A stretch of 64,000 nucleotides of DNA from NCBI GenBank assembly GCA_013239625.1, contig MU053881.1:5105957-5169956 (forward strand). The letters are read 5' to 3'. The notes below the pieces were generated by a model that saw only the letters and a list, made by a program, of their open reading frames with translations, searched no databases and was not told where the DNA came from. Positions 1-11,400 of this stretch are shown here, in pieces. A program made the position numbers and the translations under genes. Each line of letters begins with the position of its first letter. The stretch's first letter is position 1. The DNA is from Lama guanicoe (lineage: Eukaryota).

Positions 1-482
1 GTGTTGCCAAATGCTCAGGCCCCTTAGCTTTGGTCTTGCCAAGTGGGAAATACCAGGAAGAGCAAGGAGAAAGGAAAGGAAGCCAGGGTGCGTGGCGAGC
101 GCGGAGCTGAGAGTGGAAAGCTGGGGACAAGGTGGAGAGAGAAGCTTTGGGAAAGGAGCAGGGTATTTAAATGCAGTTTCCAGAAGCCTCCAGGAGCCCT
201 GCCACCCAGAAACACCACCCCCCACCCCGGCCCTCTCTATAGGAAACCAGCAGCGAAGTCTGTTCTGGAAATCTCCATGCCTGCCAGTCTAGTGGACCAG
301 GTTGTGCATGCGCTTTGCCTGCATGTTTCAAAATAAAATGAAGAACAAAATCCACACACTTGGAAAACTTCAGGATTGGGTATGTGGTTGGGGGAGACGG
401 TCGGGCTATGCTGAGACTGGCCTGAGTTCAGAAGCAGGGCAGCTAGAGAGCCAGTTCCCACTGGGCAACATGTCTATGCAGT

Positions 483-645
483 TTCCTCCCTTCCTTCCTC
501 TTCTCTCCATCCCTTCCTCCCTTCCTTTCTATCTGTCTATCTACTTACTTACTATCTACCTATTATCTATCCACCTACCTATCTATCAATTATCTATCTG
601 TCCTCTATCTTCCCATCATCTCTCTCTCTATCACCTGTCTATCAT
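483..645. repeat. Degenerate (TTCC)n / (TATC)n simple repeat
   Basis: Pyrimidine TTCC run followed by many imperfect CTAT/TATC units. Confidence 0.85.
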
Positions 646-1229
646 CCGCACAAAACGGATTACACTGGCCACCTAATTTTAAAATTCAATACTATCTCTT
701 AGGCAGCTCAGCCAGCCCACGGTCATCTGTCACATCTTATCCAAAGGAGGAGTGTTAGGACTATTCTTGAAGGTCAGATCTTATGTCCACGCGTGGCTTC
801 TGCTGCTGGAAGGGCCTGCCATCATTCACCTGTTCATTTTTTAGGTGCATTTATTGGATTCTTGCAATAGTCCGCCTCCCAACCCCACTCCCATGTCCTC
901 CTGTGAATCTGTCCTCGGTTCAGCCGCCCTGGTGCTTACCTCTCTCCCCTGCTCACAGCTCTCCAGCACCCCCGTCTCTCTGGGCTCACAGGCTGAGGCC
1001 CCATTCACACCCTCAGCCTCTCTCCTGTCTCACTCATGCTTACTCAGACTCAGTGATCGTCTCCTGTTCTTCAGATGAGCCTCCATGCCCCCACCTCACC
1101 CCCTGAGCACTTGCCCATCACTGGGCTTGGGAACCCTCCCCTGGTACCAGCAACCCTCATCTTGGGGCTCTCACTGAGGTCTTCCCTGGCTGTCCTATTT
1201 GGAAGTCAGCCCCTCTCCACCCTAAGCAT

Positions 1230-1475
1230 CCTCTATTCTTCTCCCCTGTTTTATTTTCCCCAACGCTTAGCGCCAGCTGACACATTGTGAATTTTGCTTT
1301 TTTATTTGTTTATGGGCTGTTGCCCCTTCTCCCTCCCACTAGAATGCCAGTTTCATGAGTGCCTTTTTAATCTCTATTATTTTAACCCCTTGGCACAGCT
1401 CCACAATCTCTGTCATTCTCAGGACAGGTCCTGGCAGATCAGAGATGCTCACTAAACACTGGCTGAATTGAGTGG
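1230..1475 (+). mobile_element. L2 3' end fragment
   Basis: ccccactagaatgccagtttcatgag ... tgctcactaaacactggctgaattga resembles the L2 3' terminus (from memory); boundaries approximate. Confidence 0.55.
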
Positions 1476-2670
1476 AACACGGAAGTTGATTTCTGTGGCT
1501 GTGCTGAGTCCTTGCCGGTTGGAGAGGGAGAAGCACTTCCTTTAACCCAACCCTGAAGACCCTTCATGAGTTAACCTTCTGACCACTCCAGCCTCTTGGC
1601 TGGCCCTTTTGCTGCCTGGCCCTCTTTGTCCCCCAGATGCCACAGTGCACCACTGGTGACACCCAGGTCCCCCAAAGGCCACGTCTCGTCATGCGATCTC
1701 TGTCCAGAGAATTCTAACCCTGGGTGACTTTTTATTGGTTTTCTGGGCTCAGCTGTGAGTGCTCACTCCTGCAGGTGTTATGTTCTCACCTGGCCAGGTG
1801 GCATGACTTCTGGGCTCCTCGAGTCCCCTGGGCTACACTCTCTCTGGTCTCTATCTGTCCCCCCTCTCCCAGAGGCTTGTTTCTTCCTCTGCCTTCCTGG
1901 GGGCTCATGACCCAGGAACCTGGCACACAGTAGGGCTCCCACGTGGATACAGAGTAAGAGAGTGAAAGGCAGAGTGGCAATTAGAGCGGATGGAGGTGGA
2001 GGGGAGGGGACTCACCTACAGCACCATCTGGTCAAAGGCTGCTCTAGCCTGGATCCAATCATGAAAAAAATTCTCCATTCATGAAAGAATTGAGAAACAG
2101 ATGAGCAATTAAATGCCTGAGTCCAGAGTAATGATGATTAAGGAATGCTGGGAAAGGGCATTATTACATTGATCCAAAAGCATTTGAAAGCTCTTAGAGT
2201 TTAGGAGAGTGGTTTGGGCGGGAGGGGCCTGACTGTTATCAGAAGGTGCCAGGCCCCTCATTCTTGCCCTGTTAGGTCACTGTGAGCTGAGAGCAAGGCT
2301 AGATGTCATTGTTTTTGACTCACCTTAGCTCACCCCCTTTTGAGAGGCAGTGATGGACAGATCTGGGGAAGGGGATCCCTGCGGGTGGATTTTTAAAGCA
2401 GGAGAATGTCATCTATAAAATGGGATAACAATGATGCAACATAGGTCTGTCTTATGAAGCAGTTAAGGAGATTAAGTGAGGTCCTTCTGGCATAGTGTGT
2501 GGTACAGGGCTTGGCATAAATGCTCAATAAATGCTGGAGGGCATTGTTAGTGCACATTTTCGCTCCAGAATAGCAACTCCCTGAAGCAAGGACATGCTGT
2601 CTATCTCCACAGTGTCCCCAGAACCTGAAACAGCACCTGGCACGCAGTTGACACTCAATACACATTTGGG

Positions 2671-3412
2671 TTTTTTTGTTGATTTTATGTTTATTTGTTA
2701 CTGAAGTACAGTCAGTTGACAATGTTGTGTCAATTTCAGGTGTCCAGCATATACATGTACATTCGTTTTCATATTCTTTTTCATTGTAAGTTACTATAAG
2801 ATACTGAATATAGTTTCTTGTGCTCTACAGAAGAAATTTGTGCTCTATTTATCTGTTTCATATATAGTAGTTAGTATCTGCAAATCTCTAACTTCCAATT
2901 TATCCCTTCTCACCCCCTTTCTCCTCTGGTAACCATGTTTGTTTTCTATGTCTGTGAGTCTGTTTCTGTTTTGTAAATAAGTTCATATATGTCTCTTTTT
3001 TTAGATTTCACATATAAGTGATATCATATGGTATTTTTTTTTTCTTTTTCTGGCATACTTCACCTAGTATGATGATTTCCGGGTCCATCCACATAGCAAA
3101 TGGCATTATTTTATCTTTTTAATGGCTGAGTAATATTCCACACCTTCTTTATCCAATCATCTGTCAGGGAACATTTAGGCTGCTTCCATGTCATGGCTAT
3201 TGTAAATTGTGCTGCATGTGTCTTTTAAAATTAGAGTTTCCTCTAGATATATGCCCAGGAGTGGGACTGCTGGATCATAGGGTAAGTCTATTTTTAGTTT
3301 TTTAAGGAATCTCCATCCTGTTTTCCATAATGGCTGCACCTAACTACGTTCTCACCAACAGTGTAGGAGGGCTCCCTTTTCCCCATAGCCTCTCCAGCAT
3401 TTGTCATTTGTG
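2671..3412 (-). mobile_element. Young L1 3' fragment (artiodactyl/camelid type)
   Basis: T-rich tail then tgaagtacagtcagttgacaatg; closely similar to the copy at 43248-43964. Minus-strand ORF 3294..3491 includes an L1 ORF2 C-terminal-like stretch (AGEAMGKREPSYTVGENV). It interrupts an L2-like end. Confidence 0.85.
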
Positions 3413-4669
3413 GTGCGCATTTGTCAAGTGCATGTGTGAACTGATTACTTAACCGTCTTCTGGTAACAGACCCAGCTCTGGGGCCCAGCATTTGATTCCC
3501 ACTGCTCAGTTCCTACTGCTCGGTACTGCAATCTGCCCATTTCCCTGCCTGTCTCGCGCAGCCCTGACAGGCAGTGACCGCACAGGGCAGATGACTCTCT
3601 GGGTACTTCTCTAAATGCTCCCTGGGACAGGAGGAATCCCCAGAGGCTGGCTCATAAGGACAAGCTGATGACTGGGGCCCAGCGTGGCCCACCTTCCCGT
3701 TAGCCGAGTGCCAGTCAGCAGGCGGGATCTGGAGGTTCTCTTTGGGGAAGGGAACAGAACATGCAACCCCGAGGAGGAGGGACCCACACAGGCCTCCCCA
3801 AAGCAGGAAGTGTCTCACTTCACAGCCCCTCTCTGAAGCTCACTTCCCTCCTTCCTCTGACACTGAGCTCACCTTCATCCTGGGAGGTGATTGGTCTCTC
3901 TGTAGAAGTCTTAGCAATATCGGCTGACCTCTGAAGGTCAAGTTCAGGGGCCACCTGTCAATACTCATGGCTGACTTTCATGGGACCCTTACTCTGTGTC
4001 AGGCTCTGACGCTAAATGAAAAGATTTTATTTCACTTTCTCTAAAGATGCGCTCAACCATTTGCCAAGCATTCTGTTCTCTGACTCAGCTGGGTCTTCGC
4101 ATAGGCTGTTCCTCAGTTAAAAATGCTCTTCCTGGCTTTATCCACCTGGTAAGTACTCACCTTCAGCACCAGCTCCTCTGTCACCTCTTCTCTGAACCTT
4201 TCCCAGCTCGCCAGAGACAATAAAATCACAGCCTCCCAGGGGTCCCTACAGCTGTCATTTGGTGTGTGTCTGTCTCCCCCTGAGCTGTGGTCCCTCCAAC
4301 ACCCTGGGCTGTGCCACTCTCACCTCCTTATCCTGATGTCCCCCTCCACAGCCGGCACACAGCAGGGCCACTGGAAACGCTGGTTTCTCCCTTCTCCAGC
4401 CCTTGACACTTCATCTCAGTCTCTTGTATACCTCTCATCCGCTTGTCTTTATATAACATTTGTCTTTATTCCAAGCAAAATGTTCGTTACATGATAGGTA
4501 ATTATAAATATAAGTGGCATGATATAAATGAATCAGTGATCTTACTTGCAGGGTACCAGATAGGAGGCGTTCAGTGATTTGCCTGTAGACTCCATGGTTA
4601 TCTCCAGCAGGAAATCATCAGAATAGGTAGGGAAAGAGGAAGTCAGAGAACGGGAGAAGGTGCTGGAAC

Positions 4670-4850
4670 TAACATTTTCTGAGACCCTAAATATGCCAGG
4701 TGTGTTTCATTAACTTGCAACCATAATCCACTGAAGTGAATATTAGTAGCCGCTTTTTGTAGATAAGTAGCAAGGGCACAGAGAGGTGAAGTGACCTGCC
4801 TAAGATCACACAGCAATCAAGTGGCAGAGCTTGGATCTCAGCCGCACCTG
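4670..4850 (-). mobile_element. MIR
   Basis: MIR core-like ggcacagagaggtgaagtgacctgcctaagatcacacagc. Confidence 0.7.
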
Positions 4851-6640
4851 CCTAGTCCCGTCAGCGAGAAGGAAAAGGCTGGGGTGTCCCTGTGGTGTGA
4901 GAGGGTGGGGGTAAGTGAGGTGGGGATGCAGGAGACTGGGGGGAGAGAGAATGGGATATGTCTCTCCTGTGGATCAGATTCAAACCCCTGAGCATCCATC
5001 GTCCCTGCCTTCTGGATGTCCCACGTCCTGATTTCCCAGGACAAATGTCTGCTGACCTGTGGATCCAGCCCAGACTTCTCCAATATATTTAACCATTTTC
5101 TCTTGCGACAGCTCCTATTTTCAAGGAAATTCTTTCTTTTTTCTAATATCGATCCTGTCTGAAACCCTTCCCTCTCAGTCTTTGGACCAGAGTTTGGGTA
5201 ACCCTGACCCCACAGGATTGTGCAAGAGCCAGCAAAGACTCCAGAAACCCGCAACTTCTCAATAATGCTGAACTGGGTGAAATTTCCCAGTAACCTCCTC
5301 CCCCGCCTGACTAACACTTTCTTAGCTTGGCAGTGCAATGTCCTATTTTTAAGGAACCCAGTCATTTGGTTTAGATTCTTTAGTTGTTTTATTTTAATGA
5401 CTTTCTGAATCATTCATTTTTCTACTTTTGAACTGATTCACTCTTGGCCACTTCCTTGTATAGAAATCCAAGCCCTCCTTTAAGGCTCAGCACCAACCAT
5501 CACCTCCTCCTGAAAATTCTCCTCAAGCATACCGCCCCCTCTCCAGGAAGAGGTGCTCCCCCTCCCACTTTCTGTAACGTTCATCTGGCATTTATTATGT
5601 TGCCATCAGCCTTACCGTGACGATAAAAATGATATGCCCGCTATTTGAGTTGTTTCTTACAATTCTCATGATGACCCTAGGAAGAAAGTAATCATTATTG
5701 CCATTTAAAGACAGTGAAACTGAACTTCGGGGAGCTTATTAAGCCTCTTGCTCAAGGGCACACAACGGAAGTAAAGAAGCCGGTCCAGCTCCGGAGTGAG
5801 TGTCTTGAAACGTAGCTTTTTGTGTGTGGGGTGTGCCGCGCTTGTCATGATGATGGCTGTGCGGTCTGCCCCGCCCCCCCAGACCACGATGAGCCCCATG
5901 AAACATTTGCTCCCTATTCCATTGTACGCAGTTAATATCTGACGTTCCATAGACATTGACCAATGGCTGGAAGACTTCCTGTTCCTTCTGTAGAGTTAGC
6001 TGCTCCAAGCTTCACCCAAGTTTTGCATTCTTACGACATTGAGAGCTTGGCAGCAAAAACAGTCAATACACATTGACTGAAGAAGTAAAGGACAGGCATA
6101 GGCTTGGAAGGGTCCCGTGGACTTAATTTCTAGTTGAAAATCTTCAATAGGAAATTTTTAAAAATTCTCACTGTAGCTCAAGACCAAGGATGCCAGACAA
6201 GATCTCCTCATCACTTTTTTCAGGTTGAACTAACATCTTCCTGACTGAGGGTCCAGTTTAAGTTCATTCCACCCGTCTTTAATGGGTATCCACTCTGGGC
6301 CAGGCCCTGTACTCAAAGGTTAGCGCTGGAAATGCTCTGTGAGCAACTCACCAGGAGGAGGTCCTTTGGGTGCCCACCCTCCCTCCACTGCTGGGAGACA
6401 AGGTCCCTACCACCCTGAGAGCAGGCGAGGGTGAGGCCTGGGGAACAGGAGGAGAGAGGGGCAGTGGCCCTGTCTGGTCAGAGGAGACCAAGCGGGAAAG
6501 ATCTTAACGAGGCAGCAGCCTCCAGGAAGGGATGACATTTGCCTCCCATGGAGGCAAAGGGAATTAAGGGTCTCCCGACCATTCAATTGAATGATTTTTA
6601 CCTCAAATTCTGTTTTGTCTGCTATCAATAATACTAGCCC

Positions 6641-6774
6641 TGCTTGCTTGCTTGCTCGTTTGCTTGCTTGCTCGCTCTTTAATTGAAGTACAGTCAGTTA
6701 CAATGTGCCCATTTCTGGTGCACAGCACACTGTCCCAGTCACGCATGTACATACATATATTCGTTTTCATATTC
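6641..6774 (-). mobile_element. Short 5'-truncated young L1 3' end with (TTGC)n-derived tail
   Basis: aattgaagtacagtcagttacaatg...ttcgttttcatattc matches the 3' end of the copies at 2671, 21139 and 43248. Confidence 0.8.
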
Positions 6775-7444
6775 ACTCTGCTTTCTTTTGTTTGTCTTTT
6801 CCAGATAAGCCTGTACCCAACCTTTCACTTATAACCTCACAGGGACACTTTGTCTCAGGTAGGTGTTCTGTTACCAGCATTTCACTGGCTGTTAGGTATG
6901 GGGGTTTGGGGACCGAATCGCAGGCTTTGCCTTTTGACACGAGTATTCGACCTGGGGAGCCGTGGAGCCCAGTGGTTAGAACCGGATCTGGTGCCAGGCT
7001 GCCTGGGCTGGAGGGTCTGCTGACAGCCTGCCAATATTCAACAGAGCACTCAAGGCACACCTGGCACTTTCTCTTCTGCTCCCAACCCAGAGATAAGGGA
7101 CAGCAGAGCATCCTCACTTGAGAGGTGAAGACACCAAGGCCCAGAGACATGAAGCCGGTTTCTCAAGGCCACGCAGCAGGAACATTTAATTGGCAGGCCA
7201 AGGGACCCACACATGTGGGTGGGTTTTTACCTCAAAACCTTCTTGCCTCTTGGCTTTGGCTGGAAGGGCAGGGAGCCCTCACCTGCTTATTCTTCTCCTG
7301 GTCAAGAATGAGACTCAGACACGTTGATGGCAAAGCAATAATAATAGTAGTATTAATACTCCCAGAAAACACTTATTCAGAATTCACTCTTTGTCCCCCA
7401 CCATGCCACGTGCTTTATGTCTTTCATCTTTTTAACTTTTCTCA

Positions 7445-7640
7445 GCATAATGATTAAGAGCAAGGACTCTGAAGCCAGACAGCCTGGGTGTGAATCTCAG
7501 CTCTGCCACTAGCTGTGTTAGCTTAGGCAAGTTACTTTACCTCTCTGGGCCTTAGTTGCCTCATCTATAAAGTGGGGTTGGTGATAGCACCTTATAATAG
7601 CTCCCTAGCACATAACAAATGGTACATAAATATTACTGTT
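7445..7640 (+). mobile_element. MIR
   Basis: gtgaatctcagctctgccactagctgtgttagcttaggcaagttactttacctctctgggccttagttgcctcatctataa is the MIR core. Confidence 0.8.
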
Positions 7641-8319
7641 CCATTTTAAGAAACCAATAATCAGCTTCCTTTTTCCTTGGCTTACGAATGGTGAGAATAT
7701 AAAGAAGAAAACTGACAGGAGGGAATGGTTCATTTTTAAGAGCTGCAAGCAAATGGAAAGAGATTTTTTTCAATAAAGAAGACATCAGAGTTGTTTGCTA
7801 TGGTCTCTATTTACAAATGGGGAAGCAGGCTCAGAGAGGGTAAGTTAGTTGCCTGAAATCACACAGCCAACAACAGCAGCAGAAGGAAGATCTGATCTCA
7901 GGCCTGTCTGACATCACAGCTCATGTCCTTAATCCCAGTGCCATATGGCCAGTCCTGGTGGTCATGGAAAGATCTGGTGCCTGGCCCTGCATTGAAAATG
8001 GAAATATGAGTCACTGGCCATCCCCAGGGATGGCTGGGGAGTGAGAGGCACTCAGCTATGGGGCAGAATGTTCCGCCAGATGCTGAGGAGCAGCTGCCAG
8101 CACCACTCAGTCTCTTTCATGCTGAGGAGAGGGAGGAGGAGAGCGTGGAGGGACGGGGGTCACAAGCCAGCGGAGTGCAGCCGGGAGCGGGGCCGTGATG
8201 CGGTGAGTGATGCCAGGCTCACACATCTGGCCTCTGCATTGCAGCCGCCCCAGCGGGCAGGCCCGGGTTCTGTTGCTCCTGGAGGTAGGCTCCGGGTCTG
8301 AAGTAACCCAGGATGCTTC

Positions 8320-8471
8320 AGGTGGGGGTGGGGTGTAGCTCAGTGGTGGAGTGCATGCTTAGCACACGTGAGGTCCTGGGTTCAATTCCCAGTACCTCCG
8401 TTAAAAACAACCAACCAACAAACAGACCTAATTACCTCCCCCCACATAAAAAAACCCAAACAAACAAACAA
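8320..8471 (+). mobile_element. tRNA-derived SINE (camelid vic-1-like)
   Basis: Pol III A box (tagctcagtggt) and B box (ggttcaattcc), A-rich tail, TSD aac(c/t)caggatgcttc at 8305-8319 and 8472-8486. Confidence 0.9.
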
Positions 8472-11400
8472 AACTCAGGATGCTTCGCTGAGAAAAGTCT
8501 TGGACTTTCTAGTCTCCTGCACCAACCCAGGTGGTGACATTCTAAACGGGCACTCTTTACCCACTGATGAAGACCGGGTCTCTACAGACACAGGATCAAA
8601 AGAAGCAAGGCTCCTGAGTCAGATGGCTCTGGGGTGGATTCCTGGCTGGGCCACCCTGGCCAGGGCCTCGGTTTCCTCATCTGTGCATGAGCATCACATT
8701 GCTCCTTCGCAGGGTCTGGAGGAGGGCTAGCCTGCAGGATGCCTGGCACTGGCTAGATGTCTAGTCCATGCTCCTGACCTCCTGCCTGAGTCAGTGAACA
8801 CGTGAGCAAACCTGCCTGGTGTCCAAACGGCCAGTGCACAGCAGGTGGTCCACCCTTGGCTGGCCAGTCCCCTTAGAGGCACTGTGGCCCACTTTCCTTT
8901 TCTGGTTCTGGTTTCCGTTTTGCTTCAAGGAGCACCAAGTCCTGTCTGGCCTCTTTCAGGATGAAGGTGGAGAGTGGGGAGGAGCACCGCCTTCGCCTTG
9001 TTTGCGCCCACTGATGGAGTCCCGCCTGACTCATCTTCCATGCTCTTGCTGGTTCTACCCAGGAAAGTTTGGGACTGGCCGGTGTGACTGGGTGGGATCG
9101 CTGATTCATTTTGGTCCTAGAGGGAACAAAAGCCCAGGTCTTCCCAAGGGCCCCTCTGCTCTGGCTGGCCCCGTCCTCTGGTCGGGGAGTGAGTCACCCC
9201 TGTCCTCAGGGCTGCTCCTGTTCCCACTTTGCCTGGGTCTTCAGCAATCAAGTAGCCAACTCCTCTTTTCTTCGCTCTTGGGGGAAAAAGGGTAAATATA
9301 TAGAGGGAAGACTGACAAGAGGAACTAAGCCACCATTTCCTCCATGATGGCCACTGAAAGGGAATAAATCTCAGGGCCAGAGTTTTTGAAGCTGCAGCCC
9401 TGCCCCTCATCATGCCCCCTTCTCTCTGCCTGGAGCCCACAACCCCAAACTCTCCCCCAACAGGGAGAAACAGCCCACCCCCCACAATCTGCTAGAGTTT
9501 TTAACAGTAACCTGGATGATGTAATTTGTCTCGGACACTAGTCACTGATTCCTTACTTAGATAAACCATCTGACCTCAATTTCTTACAAAATGATCGTCA
9601 TACTGAGCTGACCAAGCTGTCATGAGCCAACTAGGTGAAGCAAGGCACACATGCCCTGGTGGGATAAACTCCATGTTCAAGTTTCAGTGAGGAAGCAGGC
9701 AGCGGATGGGGTGTGAGTTTCTTCTGTAACTTGGTCTCTGTTCCACCTTGGGGCTCTGCTTATCTGAAAGTCAGACCTCCTGCCAAAGGCTGAGCCCTCA
9801 GTTACCTGGAGCTCAGCTGTAGGGGGCCGAGTAACCGGACAGGAATTCTGAGTCAGGACTGAGAGTCACAAAGTCCAAGCGCATTTCTTTAAAGCCCTGG
9901 CTGAGACAATTGGGATACAAGGAGGAAGAAGCAGGATCCCCTTGGAGGGTATCATCTCAAGCAGTGTGATCTGGGCTGACTCACTTCCCCTTTCTGGGCC
10001 ATAGGTTTGTTTTTGTGTGTTTTTTTTTTAAATCAGTACAATGGAGATAGTAATTCCCACCTCACAGAGCTACAGGGACTTGGGCATGACCGAGGGATGA
10101 CGAGCCTGGCTCTCGGGGTTCAAATCCCAGCAGAACGAGGCCATCTTGTCACGTGGAATCTATTTGCTCATCTCTACGGCGAAGACAGTCAGGCTGCGGT
10201 GAGGATGAAGTGAGGTCATGGGTAGAGTGTCCGCGGCGGGGGCAGCATGGCGTGCAATAACTGATAGCTGTTAAATCAGTCACCAAGTTTAGTTTCTAGC
10301 ACATGGCAGGTGCTCGATCAATGCTAGCTATTGTGGGTGCGATGCTGTTAGCAGAGAACCCAAAAATAGAACCACAGGCCATTGGCCATCAAAAGGACAG
10401 CGGAGGGAGATCATGAACTTGTTTTAGATCACCCCTTGTTCTCCCACAGGGAGGAACGCCCAGCCTGAGGTCACCGCAAGCTCATGTTCCCCTGTCCCGG
10501 GCTCTGGGTCGACCCTCCTTCACCCAGCAGACTTCAGACCTTGTAGAGTGAAGCTGTTTCTCCCCAGGAATCGCCGTGTGACCGCCCAGGGCAGGAATGA
10601 AGGGCTTCAGGGTGGCTGGGGTCACCCAGAAAGAACTGGAGGGATTCAGCGCTAGCAGCGCGGAAATGCCGATGCCTTTCAGAGAGCTCTGTGCCAGCGA
10701 GTCAAGGAAGGTGGCAGCCCCGCTTTTGGAAACAATCCAGAAGCCTTGTGTGTGTGTGCAAGCTTGTGACTCAGACACAACTGTTGTAGACACTAACGGC
10801 GGCCGCGATTTGGTAACTGCTGGCTGGGGGCTGGGCCCTGGCCAAGTGCATGCATCTCACGGACCCTCATGGCAACGCTGTGGGATGAGTGCTCTCTTAG
10901 CCCTGCATAGAGGCACAGAGAGGCTAAGAAACTGGTCCAAGGGCCCCCAGCTAGCCCGAGGCACAGGGGTCTTGAACCTAGGTCGTGTGGCCAGAGACTG
11001 TGACCCTCCTCACAGTCTGCTGCCCTGGTGTGTCACCCTTGTCACTGCTTCACACGGTTTGCACCTCTGTGACCTCACGGTCAACTTGTGTGCAGCCCTG
11101 TGAGGCTCAAAGGGGCCCAGCAGGGCCCAGCACCAAGTAGGCTCTCATCTGCTTGGCAGGTGTTTCCGAGTGCTGAGTCAGGGGTAGGCAAGAGTGGGAG
11201 CGAGGTCAGGCTTGGGACTGGCCATCCCCAAGCACGTGGCCTTGACTGGTCGAAATAAACCAGTTCATGCTCTGTGCGGTCTTGGGCACCAGAGGCAGGC
11301 AGGGCCGCTTCAGTGGAAATGCTCAGCCAGGCGAGGGATGTGGGTGGCTGGGGTCAAGAGCTGGGGACCCCGGTCTCTGCTCTGTGCTCAATGCCTTACA

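Noticed and set aside
4838..5413. 191-aa minus-strand ORF
   Set aside because: No recognisable domain, no supporting promoter or splice structure; consistent with chance.
8325..8400. Apparent tRNA genes (also about 17590, 21620, 38326)
   Set aside because: These are SINE heads: degenerate stems, A-rich tails and TSDs.
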